Counted from the first letter of the stretch, positions 9,039-19,603 are shown. The stretch is DNA of 64,000 nt from Candidatus Eiseniibacteriota bacterium (GCA_041483195.1 JBGPFC010000001.1:64001-128000), one strand, 5' to 3'. Made by a program: numbers and translations. The notes: a model not told the origin generated them from the letters alone.

Positions 9039-10903
9039 GCGGCGCGGGCTGGAGGTTCGCGCGGCTCGCCGCGATGTCGCCAGGCGAGATCGCCCATCGC
9101 GCGCGCGTCGCGCTGCGCGATCGCCTCTTCCCCCCCGCCTACGCGCGTTGGACGCCCGGGGAGGCGGGCGCGCGGCTGTTCACGGGCGGCGCCGAGGCCG
9201 CGTGGCGCGCGAGCCGGCTCCCGCGGTGGGCGCCCGCGCTGGGGCCGCCGGGCGCGCTCCACGCAGCTTTCGACTCAACGCTCGCCGCGGGCCGCGAGTT
9301 CGATGCCGGACGCGGGACGCTGTTCGGTCACACGATCACGCTCGACGATCCCCCGCGCTGGAACCGCAACTACGTCTCGGGCGCCGAGTGGCCCGATCTC
9401 CCGAGCGCCGCGATCGACTACCGGCGCGCCGACATCGCGGGCGGCGCGAAGGCCACGTGGGAGCTGGGGCGATTGACCTCGCTCCCGACGCTCGCGCTCG
9501 ACGCGCGCATCGAGGGCGATCGCGCGTCCGTCGCGCGCGCGATCCGCTGGCTCGACGACTTCACGGCGCGCAATCCGCTCGGGCACGGCATCCACCACAC
9601 CAGCGGGATCGAGATGGCGCTGCGCGTGATGACCGTGAGCTGGACGCTGGCGCTGCTCGGCGACGAAGCGGCATCCGCGCGGCTTGCGCCCGATCTCGGA
9701 CTGCTCGCGCAGCAGGCGCTCCACTGCCGCGATCACCTGAGCCTGGGATCGAGCGCCAACAATCACCTGATCGCCGAGCACGCCGCGATCGTGACGCTCG
9801 CCGCCGCATTCCCGTTGCTGCGCGATGCGGAAGGCTTGCTCTCGCGCTCGCTCGCGGCGCTCGAGCGCGAGACGCTGCGTCAGATCCATGCGGACGGCGT
9901 GCCCGCCGAGCAGGCGTTCGGCTACCTCCCGTTCGTGTGGGAGCTGTTGCTGGTGCCGTTCGTCGCGGCCCATCACGCGGGCCGTGAGGTCTCACCGGCC
10001 GTGAAGGACCGGCTGCGCGCCTCGCTCGAGTTCGCGCGAACCATCCGCCTGCCCGGCGGGCGCTGGCCCCAGATCGGCGACGAGGACGACGGTCGCGTGC
10101 TGCTCGCGGAGGAGGGCCATAGCCGCCTCGACCGGGTTGGCAACGCGCTCGCGGCGTGGCTCGACGCCGACGCGCTCAGCGACACCGATCCCGCGCTCGC
10201 GCTGCTGCTCGCGGGCCGCGCCCCGCGCCCCGCGCGCGCCGCGGCGGACGGGCGCCGCGAGCTCGAAGCGGGCGGCTACACCGTGTGGCGCGAACGCGGG
10301 CTGCTCGTGACGTTCGACCATGGCCCGCTCGGGCTCGGCAGCATCGCGGCCCACGGCCACGCCGACGCGCTCTCGGTCACCGTGTTCCGCGGCTTCGATC
10401 CGCTCGTGATCGATCCGGGCACGCTCGCCTACCACGAAGATACCGCGGCGCGCGATCGTTGCCGCGGGACCCCGGCGCACAGCACGGTGAATTTCGCGGG
10501 CCGCAGCCAGAGCGTGATGCGCGGTCCGTTCCTGTGGGGACCGCGCGCGAAGGTGCGACCCGCGGAGGATGGATTCGAATGCGCGTGGGCCACCGGGGAA
10601 GTGCACTGGCGCCGGGTCGAGGTCGACGGCGATCGCATCACGCTTCACGACCGCGCGAGCGGACGAGATCCCGAGATCGTGTTCGCGCTCGCTCCGGGCG
10701 CCGAGGCCGAGCTGTCGAGCGCCGGCGCCACGGTGCGCATTGGACCATCGCACGCGACGTTCGAGGCCGAGGGGCTCGAGCCGTGGCGCAGCGAGCCGGC
10801 CGAGGCCGCGCCGCGCTTCGGTTCGCGCGCGGCGAGCGAGCGGCTCTGCGCGAAGATTCGCGGCGCGAGCTGCCGCACGACGATTACTGTCGCCGCGCGC
10901 TGA
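9035..10903 (+). CDS. heparinase II/III-like protein (polysaccharide-locus type)
   Basis: WELGR, SSANNHLIAE, IGDEDDG, AAHGHADALS, IDPGTLAY, RGTPAHST. Confidence 0.88.
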   Translation: MSGAGWRFARLAAMSPGEIAHRARVALRDRLFPPAYARWTPGEAGARLFTGGAEAAWRASRLPRWAPALGPPGALHAAFDSTLAAGREFDAGRGTLFGHTITLDDPPRWNRNYVSGAEWPDLPSAAIDYRRADIAGGAKATWELGRLTSLPTLALDARIEGDRASVARAIRWLDDFTARNPLGHGIHHTSGIEMALRVMTVSWTLALLGDEAASARLAPDLGLLAQQALHCRDHLSLGSSANNHLIAEHAAIVTLAAAFPLLRDAEGLLSRSLAALERETLRQIHADGVPAEQAFGYLPFVWELLLVPFVAAHHAGREVSPAVKDRLRASLEFARTIRLPGGRWPQIGDEDDGRVLLAEEGHSRLDRVGNALAAWLDADALSDTDPALALLLAGRAPRPARAAADGRRELEAGGYTVWRERGLLVTFDHGPLGLGSIAAHGHADALSVTVFRGFDPLVIDPGTLAYHEDTAARDRCRGTPAHSTVNFAGRSQSVMRGPFLWGPRAKVRPAEDGFECAWATGEVHWRRVEVDGDRITLHDRASGRDPEIVFALAPGAEAELSSAGATVRIGPSHATFEAEGLEPWRSEPAEAAPRFGSRAASERLCAKIRGASCRTTITVAAR

Positions 10904-10933
10904 CGCGCGGCGCCCGCACGCCGCGCACCGCCC

Positions 10934-11830
10934 TTACGTTCCGTACCTGACGCGTTTCTCGAGCCGCGTCCAGCGCTCGTCGGTCTCGTCCTGGATGTGC
11001 GCGACCTGCGCATCGGTCAGGTGCTTGAACCGGCCCTGGCGCCGCACGTACTCGATCACCGGATCGCCCGGGTGGTCCATCGTGAACCGCCATTCGCGCC
11101 CGTGCTCGACCTCCATCAGCGGGAAGATGCGGTTGAGGACCGCCATGCGCGCGAGCGCGATCGTCTCCTCGTCGGAGGTCTTCCAGCCCGGAGGACATGG
11201 CGCGAGGATGTGGATGAAGCGCGTGCCGCGGATGCCCCTCGCCTTCTCCACCTTGGCGATCAGGTCGGCGGGGTAGGCGACCGAGGCGGTCGCCGCGTAG
11301 GGAATGCCGTGGGCCGCGAGGATCGCGAGCATGTCCTTCTTCGGGTGCGATTTCGGCGTGCCCGCCGGGGTGGTCGTGGTCCACGCGCCCCAGGGCGTGG
11401 ACGATGAGCGCTGGATGCCGGTGTTCATGTACGCCTCGTTGTCGTAGCAGACGTACAGGATGTCCTCGTTGCGCTCGGCGGCGCCCGAGAGCGCCTGGAG
11501 TCCGATGTCGAACGTGCCGCCATCGCCCGCCCACGCCACCACCGTCGTGTCGCGATCGCCCATCACGTCCAGCGCCGCGCGGATGCCGGAAGCGGTGGAC
11601 GCCGCGGTCTCGAACGCGGTGTGGAGGAGCGGGACGCGCAGCGAGGACTGGGGGAACGGCCCGGCCACGATCGTCCAGCAGCACGCCGGCAGCGCGACCA
11701 TGGTCTTGGGCCCGAGCGCCTTGAGCACGAGGCGCATCGCGATGCTGCCGCCGCAGCCGGGGCACGCGAGGTGCCCGGACGCCATCAGCTCCTCGGAGGG
11801 AACCAATTCCTTCAGCGGGATCTGGCTCAT
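10934..11830 (-). CDS. porB: 2-oxoacid:acceptor oxidoreductase beta subunit (TPP-binding)
   Basis: GHLACPGCG, AGDGGTFDIGLQALSG, DNEAYMNTGIQRS, PCPPGW. Confidence 0.93.
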   Translation of the reverse strand: MSQIPLKELVPSEELMASGHLACPGCGGSIAMRLVLKALGPKTMVALPACCWTIVAGPFPQSSLRVPLLHTAFETAASTASGIRAALDVMGDRDTTVVAWAGDGGTFDIGLQALSGAAERNEDILYVCYDNEAYMNTGIQRSSSTPWGAWTTTTPAGTPKSHPKKDMLAILAAHGIPYAATASVAYPADLIAKVEKARGIRGTRFIHILAPCPPGWKTSDEETIALARMAVLNRIFPLMEVEHGREWRFTMDHPGDPVIEYVRRQGRFKHLTDAQVAHIQDETDERWTRLEKRVRYGT

Positions 11831-12999
11831 GGCTTCACCCCCACCCACAGGTCCTCGCGCTCCGCGGCCCGGTCCTTCCCGGCCGCCGTCCGCGCGCGCT
11901 CGATGCAGTCGAGAATGGTCGCCGGCGTCACGTCGCGGCCTCCGAGGCCCACGATGAACCCGTGAATCGCCGGCCGCTGCTTCTCCGGCGCGTCGTAGAG
12001 CGCGGCCCGGATCTCCTCGGCGAAGATGCCGCCGTGGCCCGGCGAGATGTTGCGATCCAGCACCGCGACCCGCGGGATACCGGCGAGCGCGCGGCGCAGC
12101 GCCTCGGTCGGGAACGGCCGGAACATCTTGACCTTGATCAGCCCGACCTTCTCGCCCCGCTCGCGCAGCTGGTTCACGACGTGGCGGGCGGTCGACGTGA
12201 TGGTGCCCGACGTGACCAGCACCAGCTCGGCGCCCTCCGTGCGGTAGCACTCGATCGCCCCGTAGCGGCGGCCGAAGCGGCGGCCCCAGTCTTCGTCGAT
12301 TTGGCCGAACGACTCGCGCGCCTGATCCATCGCCTCCTGCTGCCGCAGGCGGATCTCCATGTACACGCCGGGCGTTGTGAGCGCGCCGTAGGCGTGAGGA
12401 TCGGCGGTGTCGAGCTTGTGCCGGGCCTTGCGCGGCGGCAGGAACGCGTCGACGTCCGCCGGATCGGGAATGTCCACCGGCTCCGAGGTGTGCGAGAGGA
12501 AGAACGCGTCGAGCACGATCATGACCGGCAGGTCCACGGACTCCGCGAGCTTGAACGCCTGGATCGTGCTGTCGAGCACTTCCTGGTTGGTCTCGCAGTA
12601 GAGCTGGATCCAGCCGGTGTCGCGCTGCGAGAGGCTGTCGTTCTGGTCGGTCCACACCGTCCAGCCCGGCGCCATCGCGCGGTTCACGTCCGCCATCACG
12701 ATCGGGAGCCGCGCGCCGCCGGCCCAGTGCAACAGCTCGTGCATGAGCGCGAGACCCTGCGACGACGTGGCCGTGAACGCGCGCGCGCCGGTCGCGGCCG
12801 CGCCGATGCAGGCGGCCATCGCAGAGTGCTCGGACTCCACCTTGATGAAGCGCGCGTTCAGCTCGCCCCGCGCGCACACCTCGGACAGCTCCTCGACGAT
12901 CTGGGTCTGGGGCGTGATCGGGTACGCCGCGATCACCTGCGCGCGCGCGAGCCTCACGCCCCACGACACCGCATGGTTGCCGACGATGACCTTCCTCAC
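11827..12999 (-). CDS. porA: 2-oxoacid:acceptor oxidoreductase alpha subunit
   Basis: GNHAV, AYPITPQT, VESEHSAM, TATSSQGLALMHE, FRPFP; GTG start at 12999. Confidence 0.93.
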   Translation of the reverse strand: MRKVIVGNHAVSWGVRLARAQVIAAYPITPQTQIVEELSEVCARGELNARFIKVESEHSAMAACIGAAATGARAFTATSSQGLALMHELLHWAGGARLPIVMADVNRAMAPGWTVWTDQNDSLSQRDTGWIQLYCETNQEVLDSTIQAFKLAESVDLPVMIVLDAFFLSHTSEPVDIPDPADVDAFLPPRKARHKLDTADPHAYGALTTPGVYMEIRLRQQEAMDQARESFGQIDEDWGRRFGRRYGAIECYRTEGAELVLVTSGTITSTARHVVNQLRERGEKVGLIKVKMFRPFPTEALRRALAGIPRVAVLDRNISPGHGGIFAEEIRAALYDAPEKQRPAIHGFIVGLGGRDVTPATILDCIERARTAAGKDRAAEREDLWVGVKP

Positions 13000-14831
13000 A
13001 GGCCCTCCCTCGTCATGGTCATGGCGCCGCGCGGGCATTCCTCGACGCACAGGCCACAGCCCTTGCAGTACTTGTAGGACAGCGAGAAGCCGTGCCCGCT
13101 CTCGTGGGGCTTGATCGCCACGTCCGGGCACAGGATCGCGCACACCTCGCAGTTGTTGCAGACCCCGCAATTGAAGCAGCGCTCCGCCTCGGCCACGGCC
13201 TCCGATGGCGCGAGCCCGAGGTTGGCTTCTTCGAACCCCGGCGCACCCTGCGCCGCCTCGCGAATCCGGTCGGGGCGGCTCGGCTCGTGGGTGAAGTACG
13301 CCATGTTGAGCATGGAGAACGGCACGACCTCGTTCAGCTCGTTGGTGCGCTGCACCGGATCGTCGCCACGCCAGCGCGTGATGCTCACGTTTCCGGTCGC
13401 CCCGTAGCGGAGCGAGGCGCCGTCGAGATCGGGCAGCGCCTCGCCGGCGCGCCGCCGCAGGTAGTGGTCGATGCCGATCGCGACGCGCTTGCCGGAGCCG
13501 AGCGAGTGCGCCACCGTGCGCGGCTGATCCGTGACGTCGCCGCCCGCGAAGATGGCTTCGCGACTGGTGCGGCCGAACGCGTCGGCCTTGATCACGTACC
13601 CGCGCCGATGGAGATCCTGCGGCAGGAAGTCGACGTCGGGTTCCGCGCCGAGCGCGGTGAGCAGCGTGTCGGCCGGGATCACGAACGAGCTGTTGGGCAC
13701 CGAGACCGCGCGCCGCGCGCCGCCCGCGCCCGGCTCGAGCGGCTGCATGCGGACGCACGCGATGCCGACCAGACACGGCGCGGCCTCCTCACCCGCCGCA
13801 TCGAACATCCCTTCCATGGCATCGAGCGGCCGCTCCTCGTCCGGGTGCGTGGCCACCTGAAGTCCCACCGGACGCACCGAGAACTCGAAGCGCACGCCCT
13901 CGCGGATCGCGTTCTCGATCGCCTGAGGATCGGCCGCCATGTCCTCACGCGCGCCGCGGAACACGACGACCGGCTCGCGGCCCATGCGCCGCGCGGTGCG
14001 CGCGCAGTCCACCGCGAGGTCGGTGCCGCCCACGATCACGACCCGGCGGCCCGGCGGCTCGCCGTTGCCATCGCTGACCTCGCGCAGGAAGTCGAACCCG
14101 GAGCGGACCGCCGGCAGGTCGGCGTGCTCCCACGCGTGGCCCTCGTTCTCGCGCGCGCCGATCGCGAGGAAGATCGCGTCGTAGCGCTCGAGCTCGCGCC
14201 ACGCCACCTCGCGGCCCACGCGCCGCCCGCACTCGATCGCCACGCCCGCTGCGCGGATGCGATCGATCTCGCGCGCGAGCACCGCGCGCGGCAGCTTGTA
14301 CTCGGGCACGCCGTGGCGCAGCCAGCCGCCCGGCTCCGCGTCGGCTTCGATGATGGTGACGGCGTAGCCCAGCCGCGCGAGGTGGTATGCGCACGCGAGG
14401 CCCGCCGGCCCGGAGCCCACCACGACCACCTTCTCCTTGCGCGCGGGGACCGTGCTCGCGGCGCGCGTGACCTGCTTGTAGTCGCCCAGCATGCGCTCGA
14501 CGGCGTGGATGTTCACCGCCTCGTCGAACTGCCCCCGGCTGCACGCGCCCTGACACGGATGCTCGCACACCCGCCCGGTGGTCGCGGGCATCGGGTTCTC
14601 GCGCAGCAACAGATCGCGCGCCTCCGCGACCTTGCCCTCGCCCAGGAGGTTCATGGTGCCTTCGATGTCGATGCCGACCGGGCACCCCGCATTGCACGGC
14701 GCGATGCGGTCCTGGTAGATGGGCTGGATGTATTTCCACGACCCGGTGCGGTTCGAGAGGGTGGACGCCGAGCTCACGGCGATCGTCGGCACCCCGTGCG
14801 CGATGTCGGGCTCGACCCGGTCATCCGGCAT
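12996..14831 (-). CDS. GltD/SudA-like FAD oxidoreductase fused with the PorD-type 2[4Fe-4S] delta subunit
   Basis: N-terminal TGSWKYIQP; APCNAGCP...TGRVCEHPCQGACSR; VVGSGPAGL; FAGGD; C-terminal CFNCGVCNNCEVCAILCPD...CKGCGLCVEECP. Confidence 0.9.
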   Translation of the reverse strand: MPDDRVEPDIAHGVPTIAVSSASTLSNRTGSWKYIQPIYQDRIAPCNAGCPVGIDIEGTMNLLGEGKVAEARDLLLRENPMPATTGRVCEHPCQGACSRGQFDEAVNIHAVERMLGDYKQVTRAASTVPARKEKVVVVGSGPAGLACAYHLARLGYAVTIIEADAEPGGWLRHGVPEYKLPRAVLAREIDRIRAAGVAIECGRRVGREVAWRELERYDAIFLAIGARENEGHAWEHADLPAVRSGFDFLREVSDGNGEPPGRRVVIVGGTDLAVDCARTARRMGREPVVVFRGAREDMAADPQAIENAIREGVRFEFSVRPVGLQVATHPDEERPLDAMEGMFDAAGEEAAPCLVGIACVRMQPLEPGAGGARRAVSVPNSSFVIPADTLLTALGAEPDVDFLPQDLHRRGYVIKADAFGRTSREAIFAGGDVTDQPRTVAHSLGSGKRVAIGIDHYLRRRAGEALPDLDGASLRYGATGNVSITRWRGDDPVQRTNELNEVVPFSMLNMAYFTHEPSRPDRIREAAQGAPGFEEANLGLAPSEAVAEAERCFNCGVCNNCEVCAILCPDVAIKPHESGHGFSLSYKYCKGCGLCVEECPRGAMTMTREGL

Positions 14832-15447
14832 GTTGCACCTCCGAGTGGCTGATCCGAACCACGGCGGCGGCCGCCTCGCGCGCCGCCTCGATGTTCCGCT
14901 CCGCGTGGGCCGCCATCGTCTCCGCGATCGCGGAGCAGATGGCCTCGAGTCCCACCACCCCCGAGTCCGCGGCGAACGCGCCGAGGATCGCGGTGTTCAC
15001 GACCGGCTGGGTCTTCGAGCCGAGGCCCCTCCGGCGCGCGATCCCGGAGGCGTCCACCAGCGAGACCCGGAAGCGCTTCGTCAGGTTCGCGTAGGTCTCG
15101 GGCGCCCGGTCGGAGTTGATGAGGATCGAGCCGCCGGCTTTCAGCCCCTGCGTCACGTCGATGGCCTTGATCAGCGTGGGGTCGAGGATGATCAGGTCGT
15201 CCGGCTCCTGGATCTCGCAGCGCAGCAGGATCTCGCCGCTCGAGTATCGAAGGAAGGCCGTGACCGGCGCGCCGCGGCGCTCGACGCCGAACGCGGGGAA
15301 CGCCTGGACCGAGCGCCCCTCGCTGAACAGGGCCGATGCCAGAACCTTGGAGGCCAGCACCGCACCCTGCCCGCCCCGGCCATGAATGCGAAGTTCGCGC
15401 AGATCGCTCCGGGTGCCGGACCCGGCGGTCGCGGGTGAATCACTCAT
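14821..15447 (-). CDS. porC: 2-oxoacid:acceptor oxidoreductase gamma subunit
   Basis: IHGRGGQGAV, FPAFGVERRGAPV, NTAILGAF; ATG 15447 with GGAGG RBS. Confidence 0.93.
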   Translation of the reverse strand: MSDSPATAGSGTRSDLRELRIHGRGGQGAVLASKVLASALFSEGRSVQAFPAFGVERRGAPVTAFLRYSSGEILLRCEIQEPDDLIILDPTLIKAIDVTQGLKAGGSILINSDRAPETYANLTKRFRVSLVDASGIARRRGLGSKTQPVVNTAILGAFAADSGVVGLEAICSAIAETMAAHAERNIEAAREAAAAVVRISHSEVQHAG

Positions 15448-15543
15448 GGCTCGCCTCCAGGATGGACCTGGCCCTCGCGGCCGATTCCGCGGCAGCGGGA
15501 CGGCCGGTCGAGAGCGGCGCATGGAATGCCGGGGCGGGTAGGG

Positions 15544-15558
15544 GCACGTTCCGTGCCA
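15544..15558 (-). promoter_or_regulatory. putative sigma54 (-24/-12) promoter of the por operon
   Basis: Minus strand TGGCACG-GAAC-GTGC (GG-N10-GC), about 100 bp upstream of porC. Confidence 0.65.
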
Positions 15559-15759
15559 CCCAGGGGGGTGGGGAGCGCGGGCGTCGCGGGGCGGATGAAT
15601 CCCGCTGGTGCCACGGCATTGGCATCGTCGCGAGCCGCGGCGGAGAGGGCCGCGGTCGTGGCTCGCGCGGGCGCAGGCCGTCAACCTGTCAGTCGGCCTG
15701 CCGAATCCGGAGCCTCATCGCGCCTCGAGCTGAGGCGCCCGGGGAGTGTCGCACCGCGC

Positions 15760-17178
15760 TCAGCGCCCCCCGCGATAGAACCGGCCCGGCTTCCCCTCCG
15801 TCCACGGGTGGCATTCGAGCGCGAACCGCACGCGCTCGATGAGCGGCGGGTGGTCGTAGAGCATCGCCTTCACCAGCTCGCTCGGCTCGGGATCCGACTT
15901 GTTCTGAGCGCCGAATTTGATGAACACGCGCGCCGCGGCATCGTTGTCGTGCGTGATCTCGAGCGCGAACATGTCGGCCTCGTGCTCGACCGCCCGGGAG
16001 ACGCCGGCGACGAGCGGCTGCGTCACCAGCGACGCGATCCCGATGACGACCGCGAACAGCGGCAGCGAGGCGACGTCGTGCGGCTCTCGGAACCCCCAGC
16101 GCCCGCCGAAGCGCGCGACCGCGGCGCGCACGCTCAGGTAGATGAAGAACGACAGCGCGAATGCCAGCGCGGCCGAGAGCGCCATGCTCTTCCAGATGTG
16201 GTGGAGCACGTAGTGGCCCATCTCGTGGCCCATCACGACCAGGATCTCGTCCTCGCGCATCCCCTTCAGCGTCGTGTCCCAGAGGACGATCCGCTGCGAC
16301 GCCCCGAAGCCGTTCACGTATGCGTTGAACTTCTTCGTCTGCGCGCTCCTGTTCACCTCGTACACGTTGCGTCCCGGAATCCCCGCACGCTGGGCGAGTC
16401 TTACGATCTTCGCCCTGAGCTGCTGGTCGTGGAGCGGGGTGAACTTGTTGAAAGCCGGGTCGAACAGGATGGGTTGCAGCAGCGTGCCGATCACGATCAC
16501 CGGCACCGTGGCGGCCGCGAGCCACAGCCACCAGCGCCGCGGGCTCTTCGCGATCGCGGCGTAGCCCAGCGACAGGATCGGCAGCACGCCGACGAACGCG
16601 AGGTTCAGGGCCTGCGACTTGAGCTCATCTGTGAACCAGCCGCCCAAGCCCTCGTTCGACAGCCCGTACTGGTGCTCGAGCGCGAAGCCCCGGTACCACG
16701 AGAGCGGGAGCGTGAGCACGAACACCACCGCCATGTAGAGCGCGAGGTAGACGAGCACGCGAACGTAGCGCGTGGGGCCGAACGCATGCGCGATGTCGCG
16801 CATGCGCGCCGACAGCCCCGAGAACAGGAGCAGCACCCCCACCAACAACCCGAACAGCGGCTCGATGAAGTCCAGCGCGACATGGGTGGAGGCGTACTTG
16901 CGATTCTCGGGCGTGAAGTTGGAGCGCACCTCGGCGAGGTAGTCGGGAGGCACGGGGATGGCGGCAGCCGCCGAGGAGTCACGCGCCGCGGCGGCGGAGT
17001 CGGTGGCCGAGCTGTCGCGCGCGAGGCTCGCGCTGTCCGGGAGGGTCGGCCCCACGAGCGGCGCCTGCACGGGCAGCGGCCGCGCGGGTGGCGGCTGCTC
17101 GGCCGTCCGCTGCGCGAGCGCGGAGTCCACCATGCACGCCAGCAGGGACGCGATGGTCAGCGCCGCGATCCGCCTCAC
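15760..17178 (-). CDS. M48 family (Ste24-like) membrane metalloprotease
   Basis: NAYVNGFG, GHEMGH, EHEAD, DHPPLIERV; several TM helices. Confidence 0.93.
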   Translation of the reverse strand: MRRIAALTIASLLACMVDSALAQRTAEQPPPARPLPVQAPLVGPTLPDSASLARDSSATDSAAAARDSSAAAAIPVPPDYLAEVRSNFTPENRKYASTHVALDFIEPLFGLLVGVLLLFSGLSARMRDIAHAFGPTRYVRVLVYLALYMAVVFVLTLPLSWYRGFALEHQYGLSNEGLGGWFTDELKSQALNLAFVGVLPILSLGYAAIAKSPRRWWLWLAAATVPVIVIGTLLQPILFDPAFNKFTPLHDQQLRAKIVRLAQRAGIPGRNVYEVNRSAQTKKFNAYVNGFGASQRIVLWDTTLKGMREDEILVVMGHEMGHYVLHHIWKSMALSAALAFALSFFIYLSVRAAVARFGGRWGFREPHDVASLPLFAVVIGIASLVTQPLVAGVSRAVEHEADMFALEITHDNDAAARVFIKFGAQNKSDPEPSELVKAMLYDHPPLIERVRFALECHPWTEGKPGRFYRGGR

Positions 17179-17211
17179 CGCTGCCCGCCTTCCTCCGCGC
17201 GCCGTCGCGGA

Positions 17212-17892
17212 CTATCGCACCACCATGACCCGGCGCAGGAACGACGCTTCACCCAGTCGCGCGCTCACCAGGTAGAGACCGGCCTGCAGCGGCCGGCCCG
17301 CGTCGTCGGTGAGGTCCCAGACGATCGCGCCCGGCCCCGCGGGGCGCTCCTCGCTCGCCAGTGTGCGCACCTTGCGCCCGCCCACGTCAAACGCCTCGAC
17401 CGAGACCCTGCCCTGCGCCGGGAGCGCGTACGCGAAAGAGGCCGCGGCCCGCGCGGGATTGGGAAACGGCGAGGAGAACATGAGGCGCACATGGCCGTCG
17501 CCCGCGGCCAGCAGTTCGCCGGTGTGGACGGCGACGTTCGACATCCCGGACCAGTTGCCGGCCTCATCGGCGCTCTTCATCGCGAAGTAGTAGTCGGTGT
17601 TGGGCAGCAGGCCGCTGATGATGCAGAACTGCAGGCTCCCCGCCACTTGAGGCGTAGGCGCGCCGCGATACCGGTATGCGAGGTTGAAATTCTTATCGGT
17701 GATCGGATACCGGGAGTACCGAATGTCGTAGTCGGTGGCGCGGCCCTCGTCCCCGTCGTCGCCGGGGCTGGTCCAGAGGAGCGCGATGGGCACGCCCTGG
17801 GTGCTCGAGGTCGCGGCGAGGGCGACGCCGCTCGTGCCGAGTACGATCCCTGTGATGGCTGCCGCGACCAATCCTAGGCGGCGGGCGGACAT
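17212..17892 (-). CDS. secreted FN3-like protein with FlgD/T9SS-like C-terminal domain
   Basis: Signal peptide; LLWTSPGDDG..GRATDYDIRYS...YYFAMKSADEAGNWSGMSN; tail PFPNPAR...FDVGGR...WDLTDDAG. Confidence 0.85.
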   Translation of the reverse strand: MSARRLGLVAAAITGIVLGTSGVALAATSSTQGVPIALLWTSPGDDGDEGRATDYDIRYSRYPITDKNFNLAYRYRGAPTPQVAGSLQFCIISGLLPNTDYYFAMKSADEAGNWSGMSNVAVHTGELLAAGDGHVRLMFSSPFPNPARAAASFAYALPAQGRVSVEAFDVGGRKVRTLASEERPAGPGAIVWDLTDDAGRPLQAGLYLVSARLGEASFLRRVMVVR

Positions 17893-18193
17893 GTAGCCTC
17901 CGATGTCGTGCTGCACGGCGGCCCGCCGGAACGTGCGGCGTGCCGTCGAGATGTCGTCGCTGGGAGAGCGTTTGGTTGCCGGGATCAAGGGAGAGCGGCG
18001 AGCCCGCGAGCGATCTCGTAAGAGGAGCGCTCCCGGACCATCCGAGTTGCCCTTGCACACCGGCGGCTCGCGACGTGGGGTTCGCGCAGCCCGGGCAACG
18101 TGACGGCAACCTAGCAGCCGACGTGCGGCGCGGCAAGAAATTTCTTCACGGGCGCGCGGGATCGACGCGACGCCGGCGCGGTCGCGCGGAGAG

Positions 18194-19603
18194 CTACCTC
18201 ATGACCACGACGCGCCGAACGAACGCGGCATCGCCCACGCGCGCCCGCACCAGATAGACGCCGGCCGGCGCCGCGCGCCCCGCATCGTCACGCAGGTCCC
18301 ACGTGAGCAGCGCGTGCCCCGCCGCGAAATCGCGCGCCGCGATCGCGCGCACGCGCCGGCCGCCGAGATCGAACGCCTCCACCTCGATCCGCGCCGCGCG
18401 CGGCAGGTCGAGCGCGAGCGCGGTCGCGACCCGCGCGGGATTGGGCCATGGCGCTGAGAACGCGAACGCCCGCTCCCCCGCCTCCACGCCCAGCACCTGT
18501 TCGCTCGCGGCGTCGAAGGTGATCTGGTAGGGCGGCAGGCCGGTATCGAGCGGGCCCGCCAGCGCGGCGTCGGTTCCGGCGCGGAACACGTAGAGGCCGG
18601 GCGCGAAGAGATCGCTGTCGCACACCCACAGCTCGGCGCGATCGTTCAGCGCGCAGTCGCTGAGGCTGAAGCCACCGGGCGCGAACACGGTACCGAGCTT
18701 GAGGCCGGTCACGGCGCTCCACGAGACGAGCAGCGTGTTGAACGAGGCGTCGCTCACGATCGCGTACGAATGCGCCGGGCCGTTCCAGGCGAGGTTGCCG
18801 ATGTCGCCGCCCAGCGCGGACTCGGTGATCGCGACGCCGCCGCTCCTGAGCAGCACCGGGTCCACGTACTCGACGCCGCCGTCGAGCACCCCGAAGTGGC
18901 CGGCGCAGCCGATCAGCAGCCGGCTGGTCGGCGCGTCGAACGCGAACGTGGTGACTGGATCCTTGAGTGCGAGCGTGATCGCCTGCTTGCCGGGCGTGAG
19001 CGGATCGGCGTCGAGCACGGTGTCGGCGCCCGCGTCGATCACGGCGACGAGGCTCTTTTCGGTGGGCACGTAGCCCGCGTTGCGGTCGAGGCGCTGCACC
19101 GAGACGAACACGCGGTTCGCGACTCGCACCATGCGATGCATCTCGGGAATGCCGTCGGCGTCCGCGAACGCCGCGAGCGAGATGGTTCCGAGCGATGCGC
19201 CGCTCGAGGGGTTCACGATCAGGAGATCGCCCAGCTCGTAGCGCGTGACGTAGGCCTTGGTGGCCGAGACGAAGCAGATGTCCTGCGGGTTGGAGCCGTT
19301 CCCGGTCGAGAACTGCCGCACGGTCGTGTAGTTCTGCGCGGGATCGATCACCTGGATGTTGTCCTGCCCGAAACGGTTGACCACGTAGAGCAGCCCGCCG
19401 TACCAGCGGAGGACCGCGTCCGAATAGACGCTCGCCACGTCGGTCGACACCGCGCGCGTGTCGAGGCTGACCGCGCTCAGCGAGCCCGTGCTGAAGTCGG
19501 TGGTGAATACGAACGCCTCGCCCTGCGCGGCGGCGGCGGGGCGGGCCGCCGCGAGTACGATGAGCGAGACGACGATCGCGAGTCGGGCGCGGAGCATGGT
19601 CAT
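18194..19603 (-). CDS. secreted beta-propeller protein (BtuG/YncE-like, putative cobalamin capture) with FlgD/T9SS-like tail
   Basis: LYVVNRFGQDNIQVID, SNPQDI..VSATKAYV blade repeats; ATGA-coupled to btuB; tail PWPNPAR...FDLGGR...WDLRDDAG. Confidence 0.8.
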   Translation of the reverse strand: MTMLRARLAIVVSLIVLAAARPAAAAQGEAFVFTTDFSTGSLSAVSLDTRAVSTDVASVYSDAVLRWYGGLLYVVNRFGQDNIQVIDPAQNYTTVRQFSTGNGSNPQDICFVSATKAYVTRYELGDLLIVNPSSGASLGTISLAAFADADGIPEMHRMVRVANRVFVSVQRLDRNAGYVPTEKSLVAVIDAGADTVLDADPLTPGKQAITLALKDPVTTFAFDAPTSRLLIGCAGHFGVLDGGVEYVDPVLLRSGGVAITESALGGDIGNLAWNGPAHSYAIVSDASFNTLLVSWSAVTGLKLGTVFAPGGFSLSDCALNDRAELWVCDSDLFAPGLYVFRAGTDAALAGPLDTGLPPYQITFDAASEQVLGVEAGERAFAFSAPWPNPARVATALALDLPRAARIEVEAFDLGGRRVRAIAARDFAAGHALLTWDLRDDAGRAAPAGVYLVRARVGDAAFVRRVVVMR

